Shown here: in pieces, positions 18,046 through 27,185 of the stretch
Layout: every line of letters starts with the position of its first letter
How positions within the stretch are numbered: the stretch's first letter is position 1
Source: a virus
DNA: 64,000 nt
Reading direction: 5' to 3' (one strand)
Virus record (IMG/VR): IMGVR_UViG_3300021185_001231
Notes under the pieces: generated by a model
The model's database searches: none
Seen by the model: the letters and a program-made list of their open reading frames with translations, nothing else
Told to the model about the DNA's origin: nothing
Position numbers and translations under genes: made by a program

Positions 18046-19100
18046 TAGAAACCTTCCTTAATTTTTTCTCTATTCAAAGTAGTCTCTTCGGTAAATGTGA
18101 GACTCAGATCAATTTCTACAGGTCTGCCATCATCATGGAAAGACATGGAAGATGCATTATAGTTTGTGTTTATAGTCGTCAAGTATGAACCCAATATTTG
18201 GTGGCCAAAAACTCTATACTGTCCTTCACTATCTTTTGACTCAATTTTTATATTAAATGGGTTGGGGAATTTAAATCCAGCTCCTATAGAATCTCCTAAA
18301 GTTATACTTTCGGGATAAGAGTAAAACCTAAAACGTTTTATTATATTTTCTACTATTACAGCTTCCTCTTTAGATTTTGCTATGAATTTAAATTGAAATT
18401 GAAACTGTCTAACTCCAACACCCTTAAACAATGTTCTAATATTTGGGTCAGCAGTAACTCTTAAAGCTGCAGTAGCACCTAAACCAATTTCTGTTGGACC
18501 TTTACTTGCTAATTTTGTCATTCCTAAAGCTGCAACGTCTCCCCCATCGGTAGTGGAGAATGAACTTATCAGATCCATTAATCCCTTTCCTGTGGCAGAT
18601 CCCAAACCGGCACCACTGTTTATAGCTGATTGTACGGAAGCTCCCAGAACACCGAGTTGAGGACTTTCATAATTTAACGTATCAGTCGAAGCAAAACCAA
18701 CCGGAAGATATATGCTTATGGCCTTGCCTGTCAGTGGAATTACCTTTCCATCGGAGGATTCAGAAATATTTAATTCTGACATTTTAAAAATTGAACTAAA
18801 ATCCCCTAAAAGATTTGAAAAAAAATCTGAAATATTATTTTCATTTTCATTGTCAGATAAAACTTCTTCTCCTCTCTGCATAACGCTATTACTAACTTTT
18901 TTCATAGCGTCTCCAGCACTCGTTTTTCCGGTTAATGTGGGCGGAATAATTTCCCCCAAATGAAAAGTAACTCTGGAACCGTATTGAGAACCCTCATCTA
19001 TAGGATATGACAGGGGCCCTACGATGCCGTCATCGGAAGTTTTTACCTCTTCTACTTCTTTTTTTCCTTTTTCATCTCCTGACACCTTTGTCCCAGTCAT
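18045..19100 (-). CDS. gp48: Baseplate tail-tube cap gp48
   Basis: ISIYLP, P..RTLFKGVGVRQFQFQFKF..KS..EA, LTFTE motifs. Confidence 0.85.
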   Translation of the reverse strand: MTGTKVSGDEKGKKEVEEVKTSDDGIVGPLSYPIDEGSQYGSRVTFHLGEIIPPTLTGKTSAGDAMKKVSNSVMQRGEEVLSDNENENNISDFFSNLLGDFSSIFKMSELNISESSDGKVIPLTGKAISIYLPVGFASTDTLNYESPQLGVLGASVQSAINSGAGLGSATGKGLMDLISSFSTTDGGDVAALGMTKLASKGPTEIGLGATAALRVTADPNIRTLFKGVGVRQFQFQFKFIAKSKEEAVIVENIIKRFRFYSYPESITLGDSIGAGFKFPNPFNIKIESKDSEGQYRVFGHQILGSYLTTINTNYNASSMSFHDDGRPVEIDLSLTFTEETTLNREKIKEGF

Positions 19101-19119
19101 TTTACTACTCTCTGTAGGT

Positions 19120-19127
19120 TATAAATA
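19120..19127 (+). promoter_or_regulatory. T4-type late promoter for gp4
   Basis: TATAAATA. Confidence 0.75.
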
Positions 19128-19136
19128 TTATAATAC

Positions 19137-19144
19137 TATTTATA
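19137..19144 (-). promoter_or_regulatory. T4-type late promoter for gp48 operon
   Basis: TATAAATA on minus strand. Confidence 0.75.
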
Positions 19145-19155
19145 CACAATTTACG

Positions 19156-19671
19156 ATGAAAACATATAAAGGTAGATACAAGCCACTCAACCCCAAAAAG
19201 TATGCTGGTAATTCGGAGGATATTGTGTATCGTAGCATGTGGGAACGTCATGTGATGAAGTGGTGCGACAACAATAGTTCTGTCGTTCAATGGGTATCTG
19301 AAGAACTCATCATCCCATATATATGCGATACCGACAAACGGATGCATCGGTATTACACCGACTTCGTTATAAAATATGACACTGGTCGTATTGTCGTAGT
19401 TGAGGTAAAACCCTTCAAAGAAACGCAAAAACCTGAAAGTAGTCGTGGTAAGACACGTCAGAGATTATTGAACGAAGGCCTAACATACGTTAAGAATCAA
19501 TCCAAGTGGAAGACTGCAAGAGAGTATTGTCTGGATCGTGGATGGCACTTTGAAGTATGGACCGAGAAGGAACTGACTGCAATGGGTATCATGCCCAAAT
19601 CTACGCAGAGACCTAAGACCAAGAAGACTATCAAGCCCTTATCACCATTTCGTAAGAAGAAAAAGAAATAA
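19156..19671 (+). CDS. gp4: Head completion nuclease gp4 (start corrected)
   Basis: YKGRYKPLNPKKYAG, YRSMWER, W.SEE..IPY, HRYYTDF, EVKP. Confidence 0.93.
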   Translation: MKTYKGRYKPLNPKKYAGNSEDIVYRSMWERHVMKWCDNNSSVVQWVSEELIIPYICDTDKRMHRYYTDFVIKYDTGRIVVVEVKPFKETQKPESSRGKTRQRLLNEGLTYVKNQSKWKTAREYCLDRGWHFEVWTEKELTAMGIMPKSTQRPKTKKTIKPLSPFRKKKKK

Positions 19672-19690
19672 CACATTATCTTAATATTCT

Positions 19691-19698
19691 TATAAATA
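19691..19698 (+). promoter_or_regulatory. T4-type late promoter for gp2 operon
   Basis: TATAAATA. Confidence 0.8.
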
Positions 19699-19726
19699 GA
19701 ACTATAGATTTTAAGAGAGTTATATA

Positions 19727-20314
19727 GTGTCAAATATATTCAACAGGTTAGAGCTTCAAGCGTTCAAGGCGGGCATAACTCCTCGTACCAGAGAGTCTCG
19801 TGCTTGGTTTCAAAAGAAGGCTAAAAACCTTCGTAGTATCAACCGAGAAGCGTTGATGAAAGAAGAACCTTTGAAAAGAACCAGTAATGAGATTGTGGGT
19901 AGTATGTACATGTTCCAATACGATCCCAAGCATAAGGATACTCTTCCGTATTACGATCTGTTCCCATTGGTTGTTGTTATTGGTCCGGCGGAAGGTGGGT
20001 TTCTAGGTTTGAACTTACATTACTTACCGCCTATACTACGTGCAAAGATGTTGGATGGATTGATGGGTATTACTACTAACAAGGCATTTAACAACACCAC
20101 ACGATTCAAGGCGCAATATTCTCTTTTACAAAGTTCTTCTAAGTTGAAGTATTATAAACCATGTGTAAAACATTACCTGAATAAACAGGTAAAATCGCAG
20201 TTCGCACTAGTGCCTGCACCCGAGTGGGAAATCGCAACCTTTCTACCAACCGCAGACTTCCGTAAAGCGAACAACTTCAAAGTATATAACGACTCTCAAA
20301 AGATGGTGGGTTAA
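19727..20314 (+). CDS. gp2: DNA end protector gp2
   Basis: YDPKHKDTLPYYD.FPL, GLNLHYLPP..R. Confidence 0.95.
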   Translation: MSNIFNRLELQAFKAGITPRTRESRAWFQKKAKNLRSINREALMKEEPLKRTSNEIVGSMYMFQYDPKHKDTLPYYDLFPLVVVIGPAEGGFLGLNLHYLPPILRAKMLDGLMGITTNKAFNNTTRFKAQYSLLQSSSKLKYYKPCVKHYLNKQVKSQFALVPAPEWEIATFLPTADFRKANNFKVYNDSQKMVG

Positions 20315-20317
20315 TAA

Positions 20318-21091
20318 ATGGCTGGAATAGAACAACTAAAAGGTACATTAATATCCAAAAATGGTATTGCTGTGACCAACCAATATTCGGTGGAAATGCC
20401 CCCATCAGTAGGAATAACTAACAAATCAAAACTATCAGGTTTGGACCCAAGAGATGCGAATATTCTATGTAAGAACGTATCCATGCCCGGCAAACAAATA
20501 ATGACATTAGATCGACAAATGGGAATATTTAATGAGAAGGTAGTTAATGGTTTTGCGGTAGACGATGTCAGTATGACATTTTATGCATTGAATGATTACG
20601 GAATAAAGAAATATTTTGACTCTTGGAGAAGAGTTATGATAGGAGAGGAAAGACTCTCAGATTCAACAACAAGTTCGAAAGAGACTTCTTTAGGTGATAT
20701 TGTCACAGAAAAAATAACAGAAGTTATAGAAGGTAAAAAAAGAAAAACCGAGGAACTTAGTGGTAATAGTAATCCTTTGAGACTAGGGACTGTCGCATAC
20801 AAAAACGACTATGTTGCCCCAATTAAAATTCATCAACTAAGAAAACCTATTATGAGGGTGGGTTTTGATGTTGGTCCATTGAGTTTGGATCTTGATTTGT
20901 TAGGTGCATCTATATACAGTGTGGAACTTATAGATGCCTTTCCGACAACCATAAGTAGTATTGAACTATCAAATGATGCGGATGGATTAGTAGAAGTGAG
21001 TGTACAATTTTCGTACACAAACTGGAGAGTGATCAAAGATGAAAGAGGTCTATTTTCTCCTAAAATAAGTCTATCCGGTGGAATAATTTAA
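20318..21091 (+). CDS. gp54: Baseplate tail-tube initiator (gp54/gp19-like)
   Basis: LC..VSMPGK, FDSW, ELIDAFPTTISSIELS, V.FSY..W. Confidence 0.7.
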   Translation: MAGIEQLKGTLISKNGIAVTNQYSVEMPPSVGITNKSKLSGLDPRDANILCKNVSMPGKQIMTLDRQMGIFNEKVVNGFAVDDVSMTFYALNDYGIKKYFDSWRRVMIGEERLSDSTTSSKETSLGDIVTEKITEVIEGKKRKTEELSGNSNPLRLGTVAYKNDYVAPIKIHQLRKPIMRVGFDVGPLSLDLDLLGASIYSVELIDAFPTTISSIELSNDADGLVEVSVQFSYTNWRVIKDERGLFSPKISLSGGII

Positions 21092-21110
21092 ATTATATAG
21101 GATTTATAAA

Positions 21111-21818
21111 ATGGCATTACCAAAGTTAAACTCAACACCAACATATGAAATGACGATACCCTCGTCGGGACAGAAAGTTATTTATCGACCTTTCCTAGTT
21201 AAGGAACAAAAGAATTTACTCATAGCTTTTGAATCACAAAATAGAGGAGATTTGTTGCGGTCCGTGGTCAATACAATTAATATTTGTGTTGAGGATAAAA
21301 TAGAGGGAACTCTATCGACGTTTGATGTTGATTACATGTTTACCAAAATTCGTTCTAAATCTGTAGGTGAAGTTTCTACTATATTAATGAAGTGTGATGA
21401 ATGTGGAACTGATAATGAAATAAAAATTGATCTGGATGAGGTTGAAGTTGTTGGTGATATGCCTGACATGAATGTAACCGTAACGGATGATGTCGTCGTA
21501 AAAATGAAATTTCCTACATATGACGATTTTCTATCTAACCAAGAACTTTTGGACAGTAACACAGCGACAGAAGCTTTACTTCATCTGGTCGTTAGTTGTA
21601 TGGATTCTGTACTAACAGATGATGAAAGAGTTTCTATTAAGGATGAACCCCAAGAAGAAATTATAAACTTCTTAGAATCTATGACGACAGAACAATTCGA
21701 GAGGATATCACAGTTTGCTATTTCCATACCAACCTTATCAAAGGATGTGGAATTCGAATGTGAATCTTGCAATCATAATAATAAAAAAACATTAAGAGGC
21801 ATGGACGATTTTTTTTGA
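21111..21818 (+). CDS. gp26: Baseplate hub subunit gp26
   Basis: MALPKL..PTY, YRPFLVKE, FD..Y.F..IRSKSVGE, two CxxC, ending DFF. Confidence 0.92.
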   Translation: MALPKLNSTPTYEMTIPSSGQKVIYRPFLVKEQKNLLIAFESQNRGDLLRSVVNTINICVEDKIEGTLSTFDVDYMFTKIRSKSVGEVSTILMKCDECGTDNEIKIDLDEVEVVGDMPDMNVTVTDDVVVKMKFPTYDDFLSNQELLDSNTATEALLHLVVSCMDSVLTDDERVSIKDEPQEEIINFLESMTTEQFERISQFAISIPTLSKDVEFECESCNHNNKKTLRGMDDFF

Positions 21819-21997
21819 TAAATCTCTCTCACGACACTTTGACTAATTACTATCAAGTAAATTTCCAACTGTTAAATAATTTTAACTACTCGTTGGACGA
21901 AGTGGAAGGAATGATACCTTGGGAGAGAGAGATTTACCTAACAATGTTGATGGATGATATCAACGAAAAAAATCAAAGGGCCAAGCAGCAAGGATAA
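21815..21997 (+). CDS. gp51: Baseplate hub assembly catalyst gp51
   Basis: NYY..NF.L...YSL.E.E.MIPWEREIY. Confidence 0.88.
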   Translation: MINLSHDTLTNYYQVNFQLLNNFNYSLDEVEGMIPWEREIYLTMLMDDINEKNQRAKQQG

Positions 21998-22000
21998 GAA

Positions 22001-23689
22001 ATGAGCCTTAAAAAAATAGCACAACAACTGGAATCTCAGAAAATAACCTCTGATAAGATGCTAGAAAAAGTCGGCACCATAGACATGGGCATACACATTA
22101 TATCCGGTCGTGTACGTGATTCTGCTGTTCGATCCATATTCGCCAATGGTTTAATTAAATCAATAGAAAAAAGTAATCGTGGTATACTAAAGGCAATAAG
22201 AGGATTTCAGGAAGGTAAAGAGACTGGAGATGATCTAGAAGAAAAGAGAGATAGGAAAACTTTTGAGAGTAGGTTACTCAAGGCTATAGAAGGAATCCAA
22301 GGCGGAGGAAAGGTTACAAACAAGACCGTAGATAAATCGAAAACTGTCAATAAGTCTGGTGGTTTTGGAGCTGGTGTTGGAGCTGGAGTGGGTGCTGGTC
22401 TTGGATTTGCCATGAAAGGATTGGGTGCGGTAGCATCTCTGGGTGCGTTAGGTTTTGGTATTGGCGCATTTTTCACTGGATTGTCTCTCGGTGATAAGGC
22501 TCAAGCTATGATTGGCGCGGATATGTCATCAACCAAAAAGAGTATGATCACTCTTGGGGAAGCTTTTGCAGAAACTCCCACAGAAGGTTTACTCAAAATG
22601 GGCGCAGTTGCTGCAATAGGAGCAAAGTTTGGTAGTATGAAAGGCGCTCTTAAAATGGGATTCTTTGGCGCTGGTTTAGGTGCATTTTTCTCTGGTCTAG
22701 CATTAGGTGATAAAGGTATGTCATTATTAAATGTTGATGGATCTTCATTATCAAAGATGATGACTAGTCTGGGACAAGGTTTAAATGCATTTGATGCAAA
22801 GTCCTTAGTAGCCTTAGGTGGTCTTATAGCGTTTGGTACAGCATTCGGTTCCGCAGCGGTGATTGGGTTACCTTTACTAGGTGTGGGTTTAGCTGGATTC
22901 CTAGGAGCATTGGTTGGTGTAACAGATCTAATGGGTGCTTTGGGAGCTGATGGTAGTGGTCTTAGGGACATGTTAGTCAATATGGCGACAGGTCTTGGAG
23001 CATTAAGTAGTTTAGATGGTGAAAACTTAGTTTCCGTTTCTTCTGGTATGAAGGCTGTAGGTGCAGGCATGCTTGCCCTTATGGGTAGCCAGGGTCTGAG
23101 TAAAGTTATAGATTTTGTGACGGGATTGTTCGGATCTTCTGAGGATGATGATGTATTTACAAAAATATACAATGGACTACAACCACTATCTACTCTAAAT
23201 GCAGATAATCTAAATGGTTTAAAAGATATATCAGAAACTATCTCAGGTTTGACCTCCTCGTTAGAAGGATTGTCCGATGTGGATTTTGGAGATGTAAAGG
23301 ATTCAGTAAAAGATTTAGGTAAAACACTCGGTTTCACCATTCCTATGTTAGAAGCTGCCAAAAAAGGCGGTAAGTTTGGTCAAGAAATATTTGATGGTTA
23401 TCCAAGTCTAGATTTTGGTTCAGGACTAGACTCATTTTCGGCAGAAGATATAAAGAAAATTAGTGTGGTGTCATCCATAGCTAAACCAGTCCCCACACAA
23501 GCGCCAAGGATGAAAGAAGGTGCTGATACCGCCAGTCAAATTGCCGCAAATAAAACTGGAGGAAACGCAATATTTGCACCCTCCAATAATTCCACAAACA
23601 ACACTAATAACAATAGTACTAGTTTTGTGAGTAATGCCCTATCTTCACACGATTCTTATGACCCATTCATGGGAACAAGAACTGCATAA
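22001..23689 (+). CDS. Putative tape measure / hub protein (gp29-like)
   Basis: Follows gp26-gp51; Gly/Ala-rich hydrophobic helical repeats; N/T-rich C-terminus. Confidence 0.65.
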   Translation: MSLKKIAQQLESQKITSDKMLEKVGTIDMGIHIISGRVRDSAVRSIFANGLIKSIEKSNRGILKAIRGFQEGKETGDDLEEKRDRKTFESRLLKAIEGIQGGGKVTNKTVDKSKTVNKSGGFGAGVGAGVGAGLGFAMKGLGAVASLGALGFGIGAFFTGLSLGDKAQAMIGADMSSTKKSMITLGEAFAETPTEGLLKMGAVAAIGAKFGSMKGALKMGFFGAGLGAFFSGLALGDKGMSLLNVDGSSLSKMMTSLGQGLNAFDAKSLVALGGLIAFGTAFGSAAVIGLPLLGVGLAGFLGALVGVTDLMGALGADGSGLRDMLVNMATGLGALSSLDGENLVSVSSGMKAVGAGMLALMGSQGLSKVIDFVTGLFGSSEDDDVFTKIYNGLQPLSTLNADNLNGLKDISETISGLTSSLEGLSDVDFGDVKDSVKDLGKTLGFTIPMLEAAKKGGKFGQEIFDGYPSLDFGSGLDSFSAEDIKKISVVSSIAKPVPTQAPRMKEGADTASQIAANKTGGNAIFAPSNNSTNNTNNNSTSFVSNALSSHDSYDPFMGTRTA

Positions 23690-23715
23690 AAAAGGGACTC
23701 TTTCGAGTCCCTCTT
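23688..23715. terminator. Bidirectional terminator between convergent genes
   Basis: A6-GGGACTC-TTTC-GAGTCCC-TCTT. Confidence 0.85.
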
Positions 23716-23736
23716 CGTAACACATAACACCGAAAA

Positions 23737-24657
23737 TTAATCTTCAGCGGCCATCTTAGCAAAGTAAGATAAAGTGTCTTCCTCATCAGAGGCAGACTTA
23801 ATCTCTGGTGTGGGTGCTTCAACAATGGTAGGTTCTCCTACCGCTTTAAGAGGAACAGACTGAGCAGATTGACTCAAAGCTTCATTCTTAACTGTCGAAC
23901 CAACACCAGTAGATAGTCCAAGAACCATCTCTAGTTTCTGCTTGAGTTCATCATAAGACTTGTATTGGTTAGGATCTGCATACTCTGATATTTCGTGCAT
24001 AGAGTTGTACGCAGTTTCCAACGCAGTCTCATCACCTTCAAGTAGAGCGGAAGGTGCTTTGAACTCAGACTTGTCATAGTTGCGGTATCCAGCAACGTTT
24101 CTAATCTTAAGTTGGAAGTCAGCACCACTCCAAAGGTCGAATGGGTTTACTGGAGTCTCGCCAGGAAATTCTGGTTGCATAAGATCCATAATCTTATCGA
24201 AGATCTTCTTACCATACTGGTACATGAAGACCTTTCCGTTGTTGGACGGATTTGATGGATCATTCAACACTAAGATGTTAGACACATAGTGTAGGCGACG
24301 CTTCTGTCTGCGAGCGGTTTCTTTATCTTCTTCGATACCGCTATTCCATAAACGAGAGTTTAACTCACCCACTGGATCATTCTGTCCAATACTGGTAAGA
24401 GACTTTTCAATGTACCACTTTCCGGTTGGGCCTTTAAACCCATGATCCCAGTATCTTTGCCAAGGGAGGTCTTGACCTTCCATTGCAGGCAAGAAACGGA
24501 CGACAGCATAACCATTGCCAGACTCATCTACAGTAGGCTTCCAGATGCGATCATCTTGGTACTTGTTGGTTTGTTGATTTGTGCCAGACGCTTCTGTTGC
24601 TGCGTTGACAAGTTTTGAGATGTCCATAGACTTGGACTTTAATGTTGCAAAAGACAT
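23737..24657 (-). CDS. gp32: Single-stranded DNA-binding protein gp32
   Basis: DDRIWKP, GNGYAVVRFLP, GKWYIEKSL, GKKIFDKI, NYDKSEF; acidic tail DTLSYFAKMAAED. Confidence 0.97.
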   Translation of the reverse strand: MSFATLKSKSMDISKLVNAATEASGTNQQTNKYQDDRIWKPTVDESGNGYAVVRFLPAMEGQDLPWQRYWDHGFKGPTGKWYIEKSLTSIGQNDPVGELNSRLWNSGIEEDKETARRQKRRLHYVSNILVLNDPSNPSNNGKVFMYQYGKKIFDKIMDLMQPEFPGETPVNPFDLWSGADFQLKIRNVAGYRNYDKSEFKAPSALLEGDETALETAYNSMHEISEYADPNQYKSYDELKQKLEMVLGLSTGVGSTVKNEALSQSAQSVPLKAVGEPTIVEAPTPEIKSASDEEDTLSYFAKMAAED

Positions 24658-24703
24658 ATATATTTCCTTAGTATTAACAGTGTATTAAATTGTATTGTGG
24701 TTT

Positions 24704-24732
24704 ATTATACCACACATCGTATGTTTTGTAAA
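24704..24732 (-). promoter_or_regulatory. sigma70-type promoter for gp32
   Basis: TTTACA-N17-TATAAT. Confidence 0.75.
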
Positions 24733-24755
24733 CTATTATTTGGCGTTTACTACTA

Positions 24756-24763
24756 TATTTATA
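24756..24763 (-). promoter_or_regulatory. T4-type late promoter for gp32, overlapping gp33 stop
   Basis: TATAAATA. Confidence 0.6.
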
Positions 24764-25025
24764 CATCTAATGTATTCATCTTTGGCAAGAAATTCAAAGA
24801 TCTTGCCTCAGCTTCAACATTTTCGAGAATAGCTTTATTGAGGTACCGTTTGACATCTTCGGGTTCAATATTGTTTTTCTCACATACATGTAATATAGCA
24901 TCCATGTAACTAAGCCTCTTTGTGAAAACTGTGGTCTCTATAAGTTTACTAAACGCTTTCTTGTTCAGAAACTTGTTTTCGTCCTCGGTTTCCTTAGAGA
25001 CCTCTACTTTTTTGATACTCATCAT
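24759..25025 (-). CDS. gp33: Late transcription coactivator gp33 (start corrected)
   Basis: FS..IE, SYMDAILHVCEKNNIEPE, EAEA..LNFL; upstream of gp32. Confidence 0.88.
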   Translation of the reverse strand: MMSIKKVEVSKETEDENKFLNKKAFSKLIETTVFTKRLSYMDAILHVCEKNNIEPEDVKRYLNKAILENVEAEARSLNFLPKMNTLDV

Positions 25026-25467
25026 CCATCTCCTTTGTCCAGACTTGTCCGCCAAGATCAGGGTAATAAAACCCCATTGTTCTTTTGGGAAATCCATCTG
25101 GATGGTATGCTAGGGTACGGACTACAGTATTCATGCGACCTTCACGGTGTCGACCATAACGAAAGTCATGGTAGATACCACTCGCAATATACTTCTTAAG
25201 ATTAGAAAGGTAAACTTCCAGATTAATATATTCCGAACGTTCTTTTCTGTCCTTGGAAGTTTTCTTAGCCTTAGTTGATTTCAACTCAGTCTGTATTTCC
25301 GTTATCCAACCCTTCACCTTTTTCCAATGTATAGGACTATCCTTATCCACGTCACGAAGATTTTCGTGTACTGACTTAGATCCATCGTGACCCCGAGCTT
25401 CACGTGCTTTTGCAAGTCTCTCGACCGCAGCTGCACGTTGTTCTTCTGTCATTGGTTTTCTAGGCAT
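24994..25467 (-). CDS. Conserved hypothetical protein
   Basis: Basic N-terminus MTEEQRAAAVERLAKARE. Confidence 0.75.
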   Translation of the reverse strand: MPRKPMTEEQRAAAVERLAKAREARGHDGSKSVHENLRDVDKDSPIHWKKVKGWITEIQTELKSTKAKKTSKDRKERSEYINLEVYLSNLKKYIASGIYHDFRYGRHREGRMNTVVRTLAYHPDGFPKRTMGFYYPDLGGQVWTKEMDDEYQKSRGL

Positions 25468-25468
25468 C

Positions 25469-25735
25469 TTATAGAGTCCAACTTAGGGTTCTACTACTAA
25501 ACTCTAGGACAGAGTTTAATCTAAACGAACGCCACCCTTCAGCATTCGTATCATAACAACGGACAACCTCACGATTGACCTTTGTCTTTCCATTAGGATC
25601 AACTTCCTGTTTTCCGATAACAGACTCTTCTAGAGTACAAGTCATGTCACGGAAATCTCCATTGACCTTCATGAATTTCACGTTAGCACTACCACTCTGT
25701 AACGCACGTACAACATCATCATATAATTCAATCAT
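25469..25735 (-). CDS. WYL_2/DUF2693 Sm-like SH3 protein (T4 a-gt.4-like)
   Basis: V.F.K..G..R.M.CT...YD....WRSFR. Confidence 0.8.
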   Translation of the reverse strand: MIELYDDVVRALQSGSANVKFMKVNGDFRDMTCTLEESVIGKQEVDPNGKTKVNREVVRCYDTNAEGWRSFRLNSVLEFSSRTLSWTL

Positions 25736-25744
25736 ATCAAATCC

Positions 25745-26026
25745 TCAAAATCTATCGTATTCAGCATCTTCCTCAGATACTTCTTCTTCGTCACCTGAAG
25801 TTATGAATTTCAGGAAGTCATCGTTACCATCTAACATGATAATAACCATTTCTATAGAACGAATTAGGTCTTCAATGTTTTGGATGACGCCTTCATCCTT
25901 ATCTTCCTTTTCAACTTCTTCAGCGTAATCCTTACACACATCAAGATAAACTACTCGCATAAACTCACGAGAGATTAACTCAACATCATTACGTGGGTAT
26001 TGACCCAAATCAATAAGATTATCCAT
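25745..26026 (-). CDS. Hypothetical acidic protein (start corrected)
   Basis: MDNLIDLGQYPRNDVEL...; GGAG RBS. Confidence 0.7.
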   Translation of the reverse strand: MDNLIDLGQYPRNDVELISREFMRVVYLDVCKDYAEEVEKEDKDEGVIQNIEDLIRSIEMVIIMLDGNDDFLKFITSGDEEEVSEEDAEYDRF

Positions 26027-26027
26027 C

Positions 26028-26261
26028 TTAACTCCATTCTTCACTTTTCATTGTTGCATTGTAAACATCACTGTAATGAGCATTTGCATACACATCTGCA
26101 TCACTCCATGATATTCTCTCTTTATGATCTTGACGATCAATTCGTATAGCTTCCTTAGTTAACTTGTCCGAACTACGTTGTAATTTCTGACGTTTTTGCA
26201 CTTTCTTTGCAGCACGTCGAATCATAGCGTATCGTTCTTCTTTACTAATAGTTGCTGTCAT
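26028..26261 (-). CDS. Hypothetical protein (start corrected)
   Basis: MTATISKEERYAMIRRAA...; GAGG RBS. Confidence 0.7.
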   Translation of the reverse strand: MTATISKEERYAMIRRAAKKVQKRQKLQRSSDKLTKEAIRIDRQDHKERISWSDADVYANAHYSDVYNATMKSEEWS

Positions 26262-26351
26262 ACTACTTATCCTCACATTATCCATAATTAAATTTAATGT
26301 CGATACCATACCAATCAATAGGAATCTACGTTTATCGACATTATGTTACAC

Positions 26352-26380
26352 ATTATAACACAATAAAACAATATTGTCAA
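26352..26380 (-). promoter_or_regulatory. sigma70-type promoter
   Basis: TTGACA-N17-TATAAT. Confidence 0.85.
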
Positions 26381-26385
26381 GTCTT

Positions 26386-26535
26386 TTATTTGTAGTCGCC
26401 AGTTTTTTTCGCTTCTTTTTTCTTATCAGCATGAGTAGAAGGACGATTAAACTTCTCCATGTTTTTAGATACAGGGTTACCAAAGTCCTTTATCGTGTTC
26501 TTCCGACCACTACGTTTGGATTGTGAACGTCCCAT
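26386..26535 (-). CDS. Small basic protein (49 aa), missed by ORF track
   Basis: MGRSQSKRSGRKNTIKDFGNPVSKNMEKFNRPSTHADKKKEAKKTGDYK; GAGGAGG RBS. Confidence 0.8.
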   Translation of the reverse strand: MGRSQSKRSGRKNTIKDFGNPVSKNMEKFNRPSTHADKKKEAKKTGDYK

Positions 26536-26536
26536 A

Positions 26537-26833
26537 TTACCTCCTCATACTCGCGTGGTCTTTAGCTTCTTGATCGTTGATAATAGGAACCATATTAGAT
26601 TTGTGCATAGTACTGATACCTTTAACAAGAGTGCCAGTATAGACTGATCTCTCTTCCTTTGTAGTGTGTATGGTACCACAATCTACTGATTGATATATAG
26701 GTGTCGGTCTGCGATAAGGTTCGTTCACCACTTCCATAGGCACAAACTTTGGTTGGGGTTTTTTCTTTGTGGTCCAAGCATTGAAAGATTTCTTCCGACC
26801 ACTGGGGTAACATCTCATATTTCCGTGTTGCAT
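26537..26833 (-). CDS. Conserved hypothetical protein
   Basis: YTGTLVKGISTMHKSNxVP...MRR motif. Confidence 0.8.
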   Translation of the reverse strand: MQHGNMRCYPSGRKKSFNAWTTKKKPQPKFVPMEVVNEPYRRPTPIYQSVDCGTIHTTKEERSVYTGTLVKGISTMHKSNMVPIINDQEAKDHASMRR

Positions 26834-26862
26834 AATATAATTCCCATTCGAATAATAAGTAC

Positions 26863-26891
26863 ATTATACACGCATAAACAATAAAAGTCAA
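26863..26891 (-). promoter_or_regulatory. sigma70-type promoter
   Basis: TTGACT-N17-TATAAT. Confidence 0.75.
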
Positions 26892-26902
26892 GGTTTAATT
26901 TG

Positions 26903-26910
26903 TATAAATA
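26903..26910 (+). promoter_or_regulatory. T4-type late promoter
   Basis: TATAAATA ending 5 nt before ATG 26916. Confidence 0.7.
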
Positions 26911-26915
26911 TACGC

Positions 26916-27182
26916 ATGACAGAACAATTATTTGACTTTGGTTTCACACTAGTAAACGAGGAAGAACTTGAGGCGGTGCAGAATGCTTCGTCTAAGTTAG
27001 AATCTGTTTCTTCTACTGTGGACGCTACGCAAGATCGATTAGACAAATTGTTTAATGCGATCCAACCTCTTCTCAATAATCTAAAACAGAACCCTGAGAA
27101 GGAATATATTTTATGGCCTAATCGATTGAACAAAATCGAAGAGTTTGAAAACTATATCCAAAATATCTATAAGGGAAATTAA
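26916..27182 (+). CDS. Conserved hypothetical protein
   Basis: FDFGFT...PLLNNLK.NPEKEYI.WPNR. Confidence 0.8.
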   Translation: MTEQLFDFGFTLVNEEELEAVQNASSKLESVSSTVDATQDRLDKLFNAIQPLLNNLKQNPEKEYILWPNRLNKIEEFENYIQNIYKGN

Positions 27183-27185
27183 TAA

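Noticed and set aside
19156-19671. TnsA-like transposase or mobile element
   Set aside because: Motifs and synteny (gp48/gp4/gp2) identify head completion protein gp4.
22207-23361. Long - strand ORFs (89 and 286 aa) inside the tape-measure gene
   Set aside because: Antisense shadow of Gly/Ala-biased codons; no initiation signals.
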